The translations under genes and the position numbers were made by a program. A stretch of 64,000 nt of DNA from Perkinsus chesapeaki ATCC PRA-425 (taxonomy: Eukaryota; Protista; Perkinsozoa), in assembly GCA_013115145.1 (NCBI GenBank), contig JAAPAO010000003.1, positions 1-64,000 of the forward strand. Reading direction: 5' to 3'. The notes under the pieces were generated by a model. That model was not told the origin of the DNA, ran no database searches, and saw nothing but the letters and a program-made list of their open reading frames with translations. The first letter of the stretch is position 1. Each line of letters begins with the position of its first letter. Below, piece by piece: positions 12,474 to 25,979 of this stretch.

Positions 12474-15400
12474 TCATTTGAACTTAACAGCTACTCGATG
12501 AGCTTCCTCTACAGCTTCCTTCACGTACCTAAATCACCAACGCTCCGAAAACCACGGCATCACCAACGGTCTTCTCACCGGCAAGTTGCATGCCACTCGG
12601 GCGGAGTCCGCGTCATCCAAGACTCCATGGCGTCCTTTTCCGCCAGCAACACTTTGAGAACCCTTTCCCTTTTTTGCGCTTGCTGGGGTGATGTGCCAGA
12701 GGCCCAGAAATGCGATAACAATTCCCGAACTCGCTCTAGTAGCTGGTCAAGCTCAACGTTCACAGAGCTGTCGGCCATGCGACGGTATCTGGAAAGCACT
12801 CATTTCCTTGGAAGGCAACGATCCCTTACAGTTTGCTGCCTGGGTTAGTGCGGGCATTTATGGCCCCGTGGTCCACTCTAGATTGCCCTCCTGCTGTCAT
12901 CACATCGTTCTCCCAGATACGGACGCCAGGGACGACCAAGCCTAAAGAGTGGGTAGGTCGGAACGAAGTCCCATGAGCCAACATACCCGCGCCACTAACA
13001 GAGCCTCCTGGTCCCACAAGATGCACCAGCTCCTTCGACAACTCTATCGTCTCCTGGTCAACTTTAGTGAGAACCTCGTGGCTGGAGAGCAGCGGAGGAC
13101 AGCCCTCCTTAGATAGCTCATCGACCCAGCCCATGCACCTGGGCAAAGGCCAATAGAGCCCGGGTGGTGAGGGGGCTCAAAAGACCCACTTATCATCAAG
13201 AGCGTCGGTCTTGGTGATGCCGGCTGCTGCTGACACGGCAGACGATCCGTTTGTAGCATACCGAGCCATGAGCCTAAGAGGATATCATCGGTACACCAAA
13301 TCTGGACTTAGTAATAGCTGTAAAGATATTCGCTTGTCTTCTACAGTATATTTCAGCCTATCCTTTATTATCCTTAGCGTTCATTTATCTTAGCAAATAT
13401 TAATACAAGATACCAATTATTAATTATCGCTTTATTGCTGTAAAACGGACAGAAAATGAAACGGAAACCGCGATGGAATGTACTTGGGTATTAAAGAAAC
13501 ATCGGATGTGTTCGCTTCTTCAAGTTCCCCCAGGACTCTCTGCTATCATACTCACTCATACGGACCAGGGTGTGCAATATAGCCATGAGAATGTGGCCGC
13601 ACAGTTGTTATTATACGACTAGCTGGTATACCCATCATACTTGTTGATAGCCAACGCCCGAGCGTTGTTCCCATCACCCTCGGAATTTCGCAGGTCCGCT
13701 ATCTCCGCGCTCTCAGAGGAGTCCAAGGCTAGCTTCCGTCGCTTCGCTACAGACTCGACATCAACCGATGATTTCGTTGGCTCCGCCTTCGGGAACGATC
13801 CTATGGTAGAAGCCGTAGTCGGGTTCATAACCGTGCAGACGATCTCTTACCAGTGGCCTTGCCACTTTGGCTGTTGAAGCGATGCAGTAGACTTTGGAAG
13901 GTATCTAGAGGTTACGAGTAATCCATCCTCTTCAGTGACGGTAACCATCAGTCATACAGAACAGCTAGACGTTCCCAGAAGGAGCGCGTCTAATACTAAT
14001 GTTGGATCTGGGAACATATCCCCGAGTGTAATTTTTATTATCAACGTTATAAACCAGCCTTAGGCCTCCACTGGGAGCCCATTTCCGCCAGGGTAGATGA
14101 GTTGTAGCCCATGACCCACTGTTGCTGGCGAACGCATCTCCGGGCAGTGGTTGAATCTCGACACTGTGCTCGCCATGACCAGTGCTCACTTCAGCTTGGG
14201 TGAGATCGACCTGATGGCTGCTATGATACCCAAGGGCTACCAGCGTCGTCTACCTCAGGGTTAACCATAGACTCCGCTGTCCATGCATCAGGCCCGACCT
14301 CTTCCGCGGCTGAAAATAGCAAACAATCATCACTGACCGGGCGGAGCGATGCGATTTCTTACTTTTCTCCATGGCGTCGAACAAGGGATCATTAGGGACG
14401 TTCTTGGGCTTTTCCCGGCCCTGCGAGTTGTAGTAGTAACCCGACTGGAAATACTTCGTCCAGAACTCCTTCTCACTTAAACTCGTCGGGACCAGCCGCT
14501 CGTAGGCAGCTCTCACTTTGGGGTTTTGTTCGAAAACTTCCCGTTGCTGCAACAACGCGTAACAGCGCGTTGACGCCTAATGGCGTTCCCCAGGCCTCCG
14601 TACCGTCTCCGGAGTGATGTTGAAGATGCCTTTATCTCCCTGTTGAGGGTTCGCTATCTGCGAGGGCAGGTTGATCGGCACCGGAAGGCTTGCATGGATT
14701 CCCTCATCTAAAGGAAGACTTCAACTTTACCATTGCCGCTTTCACCCGACCTCCCTTCCGAATCGCTTGCTTGTGAAGGTGCAGCTCTAGTCGGTACCGG
14801 TCCCAGAACTCCTCCGCTGTCAAACACTTCGACCGCGTAACGAGGCGTTCGTATCTGAGGGCACCACCGCTCGCACGCGGCCGACCCCACCGAACCAACC
14901 TGTCCTTCATTTCCTTATTGCTGGCCAGGAACTCGGCCCGGTCCTTCGCCGCCTCCTGCAGCGCTCGCTGCCGCTTCGCCTGTCGTTCCTCCGCAGCATC
15001 ACCGGCGTAACTATGCACAGCCACCAATAGCCAGAGACATCCGGAAGATTCTTACTTCTTGAGCAAGCCCAATATAGTGTGCTGATCCTCCCAGGCCTGA
15101 GTCGGCGAGGTGAACTCAATGACCCTCTCTCGAGAATCCTCGCTTGCATGCTCCCTAATAGCAAACATCCCCCCTCAGATAGCCTTGACTGCAGCTTCAC
15201 CTATATGTGAGTTTGATCAGCGCTCTGTTCGATTTGGCCGGGTTGGGTTTATTGGCCACGAACCCGGCCACGAGGCTCAGCATCACTATAGTTGGCTCAC
15301 TGTGGGTGTTGTTGGCCGAGGGATTGAAAACTGAAACAAGTCATCACTGAGTTGTTGTTCGTAAGGCGCCCCTCCTCCAATCGCAGTAAGTATTAGAATG

Positions 15401-15626
15401 CATCCAAAGCCTCCATCACTTGAACGGTCGCCGAGATCCCGGCTCATAAAGATGCTAGCTTGTAAGACCCACCTAGCCGTTGAGTTGTGAAGTAAAGGTC
15501 CCAAGGCTGCTTCTTGAACCGTACAGGTGCCCTGGCCAGCACACGCTCCGTCGTGGGAGCCTCCGATGCCATCGCTTCTCCTCCTCCGGCACCACCACCA
15601 TTCATTGTCGGTGATGTGAAGGACAT
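12474..15626 (-). CDS. TFB1: TFIIH subunit p62/Tfb1 (PH + 2 BSD + C-terminal helices)
   Basis: N-terminal ERVLARAPVRFKKQPWDLYFTTQRL (PH); BSD motifs YERLVTRSKCLTAEEFWDRY and FEQNPKVRAAYERLVPTSLSEKEFWTKYFQS; C-terminal RELLSHFWAS...; spliced end YVKEAVEEAHRVAVKFK* (TGA at 12474). Confidence 0.88.
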
Positions 15627-15790
15627 GGCCCGAAGACCATCCAAAACACACAAGCACAACTTCGGCAGCATCAGTGGGGCATCCACGAGATAACTCGACG
15701 CTTCATGTCAACACGGAGGTTATACATAGATAGAGCCGTTAAAAAGTGATATGTCGACTTCGTCTCATTTGTTATTGAATTCTTTGCAAA

Positions 15791-18700
15791 TCACGAGGCT
15801 GGTGACGGGCGTGATGCCACAGCTGAGCCCTTGTCCGCCATGGCTGGTGCACCAGGCCTGCCATGAGGCTGCTGGAATCGGCTCTCGGCCATCAGCACGC
15901 CCAATCTACTATTGGGGTCTCGGCATAGGTCCTCCACGAAGCCGTCCTCCACCACTCGTCCTCCACGGGCCAGCATAATGACTCTGTCGCACATGTGAAG
16001 GACACTGGGCCGGTGACAGGTGAGGACCACCTGAGGGCCATAGCAGCTGGTAGTGCTGGCAGATTCGTACTGTTCCACATGCCTCAAAGACCTCCTTCAT
16101 AACTCTCTGTTGCGTCAGCTCATCGAGCGCGCTCGTGGCCTCGTCCAGGATTGCCAGGCGTGGGCGAGTGAGGATGATCCGTGCGAGCTATAGGAGAAAC
16201 TAACCTTGTCTTCAAGACTGCCATTACTTACTTCAACCCGTTGCCGCTCTCCACCGCTCAGCTCCTCAAGCTTACCATCCAACCCTAGGGACTTCACCTC
16301 CAAAGTGTACTCCAGCTGAGCCCGGGCCAGCGCCCCCAGAAGCTCTTCATCCGAGGCCGGCTGCGTCATACCGAACCTGACAGAGTGCTCAGTCGAAAGG
16401 TACAGACTTTCCCTCACCCTAGCGCTTCTCGTATGGAAGCTCTGTCCGACAGGGGACTCTCTTGCATCACACAACCAAGCAAAGCGGAGCTTCGCAGAGC
16501 TTGGGGGTTCAACAAGTCCAACGACTTACCGGACAGGAAGACCTGGCGAGGAGACACTTCCAAGGCCAGCGGGAGTGGGCTATTCTCTCACAACCCTTTC
16601 GAGTCGTCTTTGGTCGGGTACGAGTGGAAGCAGGGCAGAATTTCGCATAGTATCCTCCCTCAGCCACGCATCGATTGCGCGAATGCGTTCAAGCACATCT
16701 TCACTTCGAGGATCACCTTACCTGCCCTCGGTCAGGTTTAATGGCCTGCAGCAACACCTCCACCAGAGTAGTCTTGCCCGCGCCGCTCTCGCCAATGATG
16801 GCTACACGCTGGCCAGGAGGAATGCAAAAACTCACATCGCAGAGACCAGGGAAATCCGAGCCGCCGCGTTGGCCTGAAACTTGAGCTCTGAAGAATCTTA
16901 CAACATTTAACCTACCCGAAGATGCTCCTGGGTCCTCGTACTTAAAGGATACGTTGCAGACATCTACAACCAGCCCGTTAGATTCTCGAAAGGTCGGGGG
17001 CAACTGATCCTCGGCAACCTCCTCAACCTTGGTGTCCAAGGCCTTGACTATCCTACCTGACCAGCCATTAAGAGCTAATAAGGATGCTGGAGCTGCTGCT
17101 AGCCTTACAAGCATCATCAGCAGCTGAGGTGACTGCGTCTACTGTATCGAGGAGGGTGTCGATGCTACCCGATACTGATGCCCATGTACCTTGGGAAATT
17201 GTGAGCACTTTCAATTCTCGCTGTTTAGAATCCTGTAAACACTTATTTTTTTTCGAAAATCAACACTAACAATTCAATCAATTCGATACTGTATCACCTA
17301 CATTCTTATTCACAGATTGAATAGTAATAGTATAAATATTGGGATGAAACAACTATGCATCGGGAAGCTTACCTGCCTCACCCCCCATAGACTGCCCTAA
17401 GGCAGCTGTCATCACAGATGCCACAACACCGCTGCTGTCATCAGAGCCAGAGCCTGTCACTCCAGCGATAGCCGCCACTTCTGATAAATGTGCACAGGAA
17501 GTTAACAGCTGCACTAGTGGAAGGTGGAGAAGGGCTTGTCGGGAAGCATCGTATCTAAGGACCCGGGTTCGAAACCCAGTGACGATATTTTAAGACTTAC
17601 TCATTTCTTCGTTCCATCATTCTTATAGTAGCTTGGAACTGACGAGCCTCCAACTCAAGCCGCCCAAACGCTTTAACTTGAAGCATGTTCTGTGGAGAAT
17701 ACAGATGCCGCCATAACCTGAACCAACAGTGAAGTTTGTAAACTTGTGCACTGCGGAGAGCACAGAAAATTGATAATGCGGCAAGTCCAATCTTTCAACC
17801 ACATAGCGCTGAGATTCATACTTTGGGACTAATAAGAGCAAAGATAATTTACCATTTTTAAAATTTTAAAATAGTACTTTGTGACTTTTAACTACACACA
17901 GCTGTATAATTAACTTCCCTAGCTTCTCTTAATAATCAAAAGAGAAGTAAAGAGATTTGATTATATGACATTCCTCTACCATCATGCCACCCACCTGAGC
18001 ATCACAGGCCCCCCTCGAGGATCCACCACAGAGGTGTCCATAAGCCTCCAATAGATAAGGTATTCCATCACCCTCCTCTTAAAGTAAACCGAGGCAAAAA
18101 TGAATAACACCAGACCGATAAACCTGACACCGAGGAAGTCGAGGAAACGGCAGAGCTGACCTATTCTTACCGTCGCTTAGAATCACGCGCCTTGCTATAT
18201 ATGAGCCATAGTGTAGTAGCGGCCCCACTGACGCGAGTGGTGACCTTACTAGGCAAGCCCAAGAGCAATCGGCATACCGTGCCGCAACTGCCGATGGTTC
18301 GCCGAAGTAGGTCTAGATCGGTCGCAACAGCCTGGAGAGGATGACATGACCTCTCGCCTGCTGCACTTATATACTAATGCAAATTTAATACGAAGGTTGT
18401 TGTTGTTATTCTACAAGTTAATGAGACGCCAGTTAGATCTCATGAAATTGGGATATATCACAAACATCTGTGTAGTACCAGTACCAGGCTTCCTGCATCG
18501 CGCCATACATCAGGAACTCTCAGAACTCCTTTGAGACTCTATGTCCAAAGACGACCTCTCCAGTCGGAGCAGGATTGCACAATCACTTCACGTTCAGTAG
18601 GCTACCGTAGATATAGCGATGAGCTTACCTGTTTGTGGCTCATTAGGAGGGCTCGCCTATACAGCTCCCCCTTGAGGCTTGTTATCGCTTCATGCTGAGT

Positions 18701-20546
18701 GGCATCTAACAGTACCTCCCCAGCAGCACACAGGAATATCTGGGTCAACTCCAACCTGATAAGAACTAAACGCCATCCATTAAGCCCCCTCATTACCTGC
18801 CGAGCTCTACAAACATCCACAGCAGAGGGCGCCATTGACGCCCGGGGCCACTACTACTCCTCATGGCCTTCTCCATGATCTTACCCTTATGAGATACGCT
18901 CTCGGCTGCCAGCCATCCACAGGCTGCCGACATAGCCGTCGACAAGGCCATACCTGAAACAGCCCTCTATGCACATTGAGTTGGCAATACATAAAGAAAG
19001 GATGAGGCTTCCAGAACCTCAAAACCAAATGAGCCCCACAGGCGTCCATCGGAAATAACAATACAGATTTCACCGCTGACTGGATATCAGAAGTTAACAG
19101 AGACGAGGAGAAAGCCCAAAAAGCCAAGCCACTCACCGAGCAGCACTGTCGGTGAGCTGACAAGCAAGTGTCCCACCAGCCTGGTAGCCGTGCCACACTG
19201 TGATAAGGTCGCCAAATGCAGCTTCCGCCCCAAGGCATCCACCAGAGCTCGATCGGCGAATCCTACGAGCTCCCCTCGGGTACAGTAAAAGTACAGGTCT
19301 TTAGCGGAGGAACGGTACTTATGGTCTCCATTAAGAGCCTTAGTAACCTAATAAAATCAATAGTAATTTATACGTATTGTATAAAAGCCATAGAGATTTT
19401 AATCGGTACTGTAGTTTTAGAGACGCCGTTGACTATGCTGATAACCGAAGAGACTTCTGCCGATTTTGTCGCCTCCCATAATCAACAAATATATTTCCTC
19501 GGGGACGGCAAGTCCAGATGAGAAACTCTCTTTGGGCTATAGTTGATCCTCGGACTTCGCTCTCCCCAGCATACAGTGGCGCCTCCCTTGCCCCCAAAGA
19601 CTATTACCCTCGTTAAAGTCTCATTAACCGCCACTGTGAGTATCGATACAACCTTCTTATCGTTGGTAGAGCACCTATTAATAGTATGTCCGATCCAAAT
19701 CCTTGAGTTCCTAGGCGAACCTGTTGAACATTACCTTGCCAGGCCTAATAGTGCTGTAAGCAGCGTATCTGGGTCCTTCACATCCTCCATGGCCTGGGCC
19801 AGCGCCGCTCTCCGACGAGATACTTCAGCTGTTAGCCACTAAACAATAGCACCGCTATATAGCGTGACCCAAACTGTTATGCTTATCAACTTTTCCGGCA
19901 TAACTTTTCTACTCGACAAGGAATTTGTAAAGGTCTGGTCCATGGCCTTGGGATAGTACTGGTAAAGAGACTATCTGGAGAAGTTTAAAGCTTTGACTTA
20001 ATCACCGTCTTCTGTATACGATAAACTTCCAACTCATTGGTCCACCCTAACCTCATTCCAATGCAACGCCAGGTCCAAGTGGCTCGAATGTGTGAAACAG
20101 AAGCAGCCATTAAAAGTCTTAGGCGAAGACCAGCTATTTGCCGGAGAAACGTATTACTTTTTAGGACCGCACTACCTTCTACCGTTATGTGCGAGGGTAG
20201 ATGACTACGTGGCAATGATGAAATCAAAAGCATATCATTTAGCCTTACACCACGTCTATGTCCTGTACTGTGGCACAGTTAGAGATGCAGCAATTTATGG
20301 GACTGCAGCGCCCCCGCAAGTACTCAGACCATCGCCAGCAACGGAGCACACAATCACTGTCCCCCCGATGACTTTCCCCCTGCCCAGTAGTACTACTACC
20401 TCCTTCTCCTCATCGGTTAGCACTCGGAGATAGTCCATCCTTTTCTTTAATAAATACGCCAGTGCTATCAACGGCAGCACTCGGTAGGCCGTCAATGCCC
20501 ATTTCTTCCTATCACTAAGGCCTTTCCATTTATTCAATTTTGTCAT
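15791..20546 (-). CDS. ABC transporter, half-size TMD-NBD (ABCB/C-like)
   Basis: Walker A IIGESGAGKTT, signature LSGGERQR, Walker B LAILDEATSALD, H-loop LTCHRPS and TMD motif LQVKAFGRLELE. Assignment of the N-terminal exon (MTKLNKW at 20546) is inferred. Confidence 0.85.
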
Positions 20547-20627
20547 CAAATCTGCCTATATAATAACCACTCAGAAACACAACACCGAAATGAGCTGCAG
20601 AAGCCAATTCGCACTATATGAGACACT

Positions 20628-22360
20628 TTATTCTTCTTTATCTTCCCCACTCTCCTCGACGCCAACAAGGAGATGGTCATCTCTCTCATCAGTGGACAGC
20701 TGCCGCTTCAATAGTGTCGGTATCAAGGCCAGGCATCCCAAGCCCAGTAGCACCTAACCAATAGCTCTATAACTTCCAGAGGTATCTATTTGTACGAGGA
20801 AGTTCTTAGCGTTGAAGCCTCCGACATGCTGGATCTCTGCAAGCTCGCTGCCCATGTTAACCAATATAATGTTATTAGGGATAAGGCCTAGTAGCGTACC
20901 TGAGGAGAGAAATGGTTAAAGAAAGAGATGAAATTTACCGAAAAAAAATGTCGTGAAATCCATGCCCAGGTTGCCAGTGGAGATATTGATGAACCAATTA
21001 GGTACTATTGGTGTTATACGTAGGAAAAGCATGTACCTGAGGAAGGGGGATATTCATTGAAGCAGTTAACCACGTAAAAGATACACGTGGTAAAACATAT
21101 CGAGGCTCCGAAGACTGCCCGCTGAATGCGGAAAATGTGAGGCTTAAGGTTATAAAGCTTCCATGCCCGACTCGTTCTCGCCAATATAGCTCACCATAGT
21201 TAACATGGCGAAAGCTACGTCGGTGGATGCGTTATATTACTCTGAGGAGAGCCCCACTAAATCCCAGATGATCGTCGCTGCCGCCGCCGCCGCTCTACTA
21301 CCAGAATAGACTGTCACGCCTCTTATCCAATTGCTTCTTGAATCGAGACATAGCTGGTCGGAAGAAATGCATAACCAAGGGACGACCGACGACACGGAAT
21401 AGCAGATAGCATAGAGATGCACCAGCAGTAGCACAGGAAGATACTATTAAGAATCCCTTTACTCCTGAAAATAACAATATGCAATAAAGCCGCGAGTTAT
21501 ATAAGCCTTTATCGAGGCCTCGGTAAGGATTGTTGCTGTTTTCTGACTAGTGTATCAACGACATGACTCAAACATAACAATCTAATCCTGTCCTATCGGT
21601 TCATACGGGACAGTCAATTCTTCGTAGATGCTGAACTTCATAGAAAACAAATGAGATGAAGATAGATTTTCAACACGTCGACATTTTGCAGACGCGACAA
21701 AAGCAGCCATAGCTACTCGGTGGGAAATATATCCAACTATGGCAAGGTTTTAATAATAGACATCTTCGAGGTGTGAAGTCCCATACATTACTTCCAAATA
21801 GAGCTCCAGCCAATAAAGACAGGAATATCGGTCCTGGTATGGCAAAGGTCTGTAGGAGCGTATAGGAGGCACAAAACAGTACCATAACCTCCGTATAGTG
21901 ATCCCCAATGTAAAACTGTAAAGCATCTTGGACCTGCTTCATTGATTAACCCGGCAAGCTATATAGCATCCTTACCACTAGAAGATCCCGGCCTGTAGTG
22001 CTTGTCAAGAGCTGTCTAATTGTCTTCTTGCCAAAGGTATCATATAATTGAGACTTGTAGTGTGGTGTGAGTGGTGGGAACTTCTGGTATAGTCTCCACA
22101 TTGCGAAAACGGATATCACAAAAAATGTTGCTAGAACTACCTGATAGGAGATATGATGGAGACGCGCAGGATAGCAGGCTCCAAGGGGCACCAAAAAGGC
22201 AACGCTTTAAGGGTTATATAATTCCGTGGATATAATTCCGTGGATACATGATTGGTAAAAGCTGGTATCATATCATGAATTAATCAACGTCCATAATGAT
22301 GAATCGCAAAGGAAGAAACTGGCCACCGAAACTCCTGCTATTCCCTTCATTCTCGAATAA
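20628..22360 (-). CDS. TMEM41B: TMEM41B/VTT (SNARE-associated/DedA) membrane protein
   Basis: YTLLQTFAIPGPIFLSLLAGALFG and GTLLGLIPNNIILVNMGSELAEI are typical VTT-domain motifs. TAA at 20628; start approximate. Confidence 0.82.
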
Positions 22361-22599
22361 AGTGGTAGTATAGTGAGAACGAACGTGGATAGAAGTAGTA
22401 GAGTTCTGAGCTATCCAGTAGGCACATATTACTATAGAAAATATCTTTATGATATGTCTAATCCCTGCTCAACCTCTCCTCCTCTTCCCTTCTATTACCA
22501 ATGATGTCATGTATGAGCCAATGGATGTTACCCCGTCCTTATCAGCTGATGACCGTTTGACTGCCTAAAAGGAAATGCTAAGCTAAGACGGCCGGTTAT

Positions 22600-23800
22600 A
22601 AGGTTAGAATGGCTGAAATGCAGACGACGACCAGGAAGCTCCTTAATCGCAAATCTGGTGGCCAATTGTCAAGAAATCACACAATCTTCTGTTTCTATAT
22701 AAGAGATGGAGATCGGGTTTTATAACCCTCAGTCTCATACATCAATCTCTTAATGAAAATGAAGGAGGGGTAGCTCATCAATGATTGCTGAGCAAACATC
22801 CACCCAACTCACATGGTTTCGTTTTCCCCCAAAAGAAATGCAACCACATTCGTGAGTATCAGTTGGCCCGCCTCGGCTGCTATTACCTTTGCTCGTCTTT
22901 CATCACTCTCCTGTTCTCTCCCAGATAAACTTTCCGAATCTAGATTTTACAACGATGCGATATTGCCAGCGTCTAAGGAGCCTACTTGCAACAGCTGCTG
23001 CTAATCGAGCGCTCCTTCTTGGTCCTCCTACAGCCGATCCTGTATCCATATAAAAAGCAGCTACCCCTCAAGTCACGTCCACCACTGCCGTTCCACACGA
23101 ACCAAAGATCTTTACCAACCTCTTCCACCCGATGAAAGTGAAGTAAGCATTCGAATCCAGAACAACAATAATGCATCGATCCTTGCTATATTCTCGAATG
23201 AGACAATTTTTAGTAGACTCCATACCATTGGGTAATTCTGACCCTTCTACGTCCTATAGGAATCTGGACTTGTGCGCGGCGTTCTCGCACATAGTAACAA
23301 CATCAAAGATCTTTTTATATGTATAGTAGAAAGTGGGTATGATAACTTCCTAGAAATACAAGGAGGGATCTTATCTTTTTTGAAAGCGGTTATCTACCAG
23401 TGCTCCTACTAGACGCCAAATAGTTCCACTGCCAATCCAAAGCAGCAGGCACGGTCGTCTAGAACATCTTATATTCTTATATAGCTGGACATTAGGGAGA
23501 AGTTGGACACAGTAAAGATAGGAGTGTCAACTTATGTTACGATCAGAAACCTAAGGATACTTAACGAAGCTAGGTGGAAACGATATTTTTATCAGTTCAA
23601 GTTGCCACACCTACAACTATCGATACGAAGGAGATCCGAGCCCTGGACGAGTTAGCCGGTAGAAGTCTAGACGTGCGCGGTTTAAACGATTGGCGAACAG
23701 CAAGTGAATCTGCAGATGTATGTAATGGAACGTTTCGTTTGTTGAGGGACGGTGTTGCTTCACTTGCTGTGGTACACAGTAGGCATCTCGAAGCAGCATT
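22600..23800 (-). CDS. Hypothetical protein, multi-exon
   Basis: Exon-like segments (NLDSESLSGREQESDERRAKVIAAEAGQLIL, TTVPAALDWQWNYLASS) lie between GT/AG sites. No family recognised. Confidence 0.3.
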
Positions 23801-24157
23801 TGGCCTCCGATAGTGAAAGGGTTGTGGGGTGAGTTGTAGGTTTTATGGCAAGTGAAATTCTCTGAAGAGCGCAGAACTTCCTATATAACAACTTGGTATT
23901 CAATACGCGACTTTAGTTATACATTTGTGTACACCCACGAAGAACATAGAATTCATGGCGCGTGACTAATACGTGGGTGTGCGTGCAGCTATACGCGTGC
24001 GTAAATGACCAGTAACCCATCTGATCCAATGGTGTCGGCTTCTTTTCTCTCTTGATCAATTAATAATTCATCCACCTTAGCAAGCTTACCGTGATGCGCA
24101 AGGAGGAAGGGTTTTAGTGGTGTTGGTCCTGTGTCATTTTATTCAATCGCACTTCAG

Positions 24158-24207
24158 CACAAGTAGTCTACTTGTGAATACAACTCAACTCTACTTGAAG
24201 TAGAGTT
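24158..24207. repeat. Two adjacent perfect palindromes (9-1-9 and 10-1-10) sharing an AAGTAG/CTACTT core
   Basis: CACAAGTAG-T-CTACTTGTG at 24158-24176 and AACTCTACTT-G-AAGTAGAGTT at 24187-24207. Confidence 0.95.
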
Positions 24208-24249
24208 TACTCGTAAAGCAATTTGGAGAATATTTTATTGTAGATATCT

Positions 24250-24944
24250 CATAGCAGTCGCAGAAGTCCTTACGAAGACTTGAATGGCAAGTTTTTACAG
24301 CTTGTGTATTGTTAAGGAGCTCTGCGAAAGACAGTCTTAACTACGAGGATGTAGTTGACGTTCCATGCATCGCGTTCCAGTCTTACAATAACTAACACAA
24401 CACAAGAAGTGTATATGATGATACTCGTTGGTATTGACTAGACAGCTTCACGATATATTCGATATTTATGCTGGTATAAACGAGTAATGCATTGTCATCA
24501 TCATCATCATTCACACACTCCCGGTTAAACAACTATTGGTTCACCGTCGAAGTGATAGCAGAATACAAGTTCATTATTATTAAATCATCATTGTTTATCA
24601 TCGTCTACAACTACGAAGCAAAGCGATGTATATATCTTCCGCACACAAAAATAAGCGTTGCGGTGATACTTATATAGGACAGTAATAGCAACGACCATAG
24701 CGCCAGACGTACAGTATCATGACGATGAAACCAAGCTCTCAGCTGGGCAATCATTGGCCCTATATAGCTTATCATCATTGGTAGTGTCACAGTGGAGGAC
24801 GTTAGTAAAGGAGGCAGAAAGAGCTCCCTGAATTGCAGAGATACTCCTATCAGAAAATACAGTAGTAGCTTCGTTGATCATAAACAAAGCGAACAAAAAC
24901 ATAACAGATTTCAACCATTTTTGCCGAACCCGAGACAGGTTCAC
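24250..24944 (-). CDS. Small hypothetical secreted or membrane protein
   Basis: MNLSRVRQKWLKSVMFLFALFMINEA is signal-like. Downstream exons are uncertain. Confidence 0.35.
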
Positions 24945-24965
24945 AAGGTAATGGCCGTAGCCAAT

Positions 24966-25979
24966 TTATACACGGTCATAGGTTTCCACTTTGATCTCAA
25001 TATCCCCTAGAACGCACTGAAGACTTCCATGCGCACGTGCAATCAAAGCATCTGTAGGGTCAGAGAATACAACAAATCCCGTCTTAGGAGGCAGTGGCTT
25101 AGAGCTCCTTGTATTATAACGAGATTTAAGTGGCAGCATGAGCACCATCTCAACCGCATCTTTCTTACCCACCAGTTTATCAAAATAATCCTTGAGCAAG
25201 ACGCTCGACGATAAACCTAGCTTATGACAACGCTTGACCAAGAGAACTCGGCTCCTGCAATCCTCTTCATCTTGAGGTAGAAGGGACTTAACATCCGTCA
25301 GAGTCATGCTGCCACAAACACCAGTTCTTCCATTGGGAAGGGAGAACACTTTATCAATTTGCACCAACTGCTGTAGTGGAGTGTAATCGATATTATTGTT
25401 ACGGCTAGTAGTAGTAGAAGCACTGCTAGGAGAGATATTACCAGCACCTATGGGTAGGGAGACAGCATTACTTTGAGTGGTAGCTGGCGTTATTGGTATA
25501 TAGCGGCTCGCAGGGAAGCTACTCACGATGATAGAGCGCTGCTTGTTGTAAATATTTCCGTCGAACCACTGCCTCACTTCCTTGGCAACCTCCGACGAGC
25601 TCATAACGAATACAGCTGCAGTAACAGTGACGGTATCTTCTGCGGACTTGACCGGGTTAACGACGAACAAGCCTCTCGTAGCCCCACGAAATTGTTCGAC
25701 CAACCAAGAGAGGGTAGGATACGAGTAGCCTGGTGCCGGATGTACAGCAATCATAAGATCCCTCCATAACGGAAGCATTGCTTGTACGTCCTTAGCCAGA
25801 GAAGCTTTGTCGTTGTACAATTCAATCTCGGGCTCATCATATAACTCAAGATCACGAGCTTTAGCTGGGGTCAAAGATGGCGAACTGGAAACAGTAGATG
25901 AAGTCCTCGTAGACAGCGCACGCGGACTGGTATAACCCGACATAGTCGAGATCGGTGACTCGCAGGAATAAGCAAACAT
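24966..25979 (-). CDS. RRM-domain RNA-binding protein (alveolate-type), intronless
   Basis: 337-aa ORF with C-terminal RVLLVKRCHKLGLSSSVLLKDYFDK...VEMVLML...KTGFVVFSDP (RNP2/RNP1). Confidence 0.75.
   Translation of the reverse strand: MFAYSCESPISTMSGYTSPRALSTRTSSTVSSSPSLTPAKARDLELYDEPEIELYNDKASLAKDVQAMLPLWRDLMIAVHPAPGYSYPTLSWLVEQFRGATRGLFVVNPVKSAEDTVTVTAAVFVMSSSEVAKEVRQWFDGNIYNKQRSIIVSSFPASRYIPITPATTQSNAVSLPIGAGNISPSSASTTTSRNNNIDYTPLQQLVQIDKVFSLPNGRTGVCGSMTLTDVKSLLPQDEEDCRSRVLLVKRCHKLGLSSSVLLKDYFDKLVGKKDAVEMVLMLPLKSRYNTRSSKPLPPKTGFVVFSDPTDALIARAHGSLQCVLGDIEIKVETYDRV

Noticed and set aside
22217-22244. 14-bp tandem duplication TATAATTCCGTGGA x2
   Set aside because: Only two copies, consistent with slippage; not an array.
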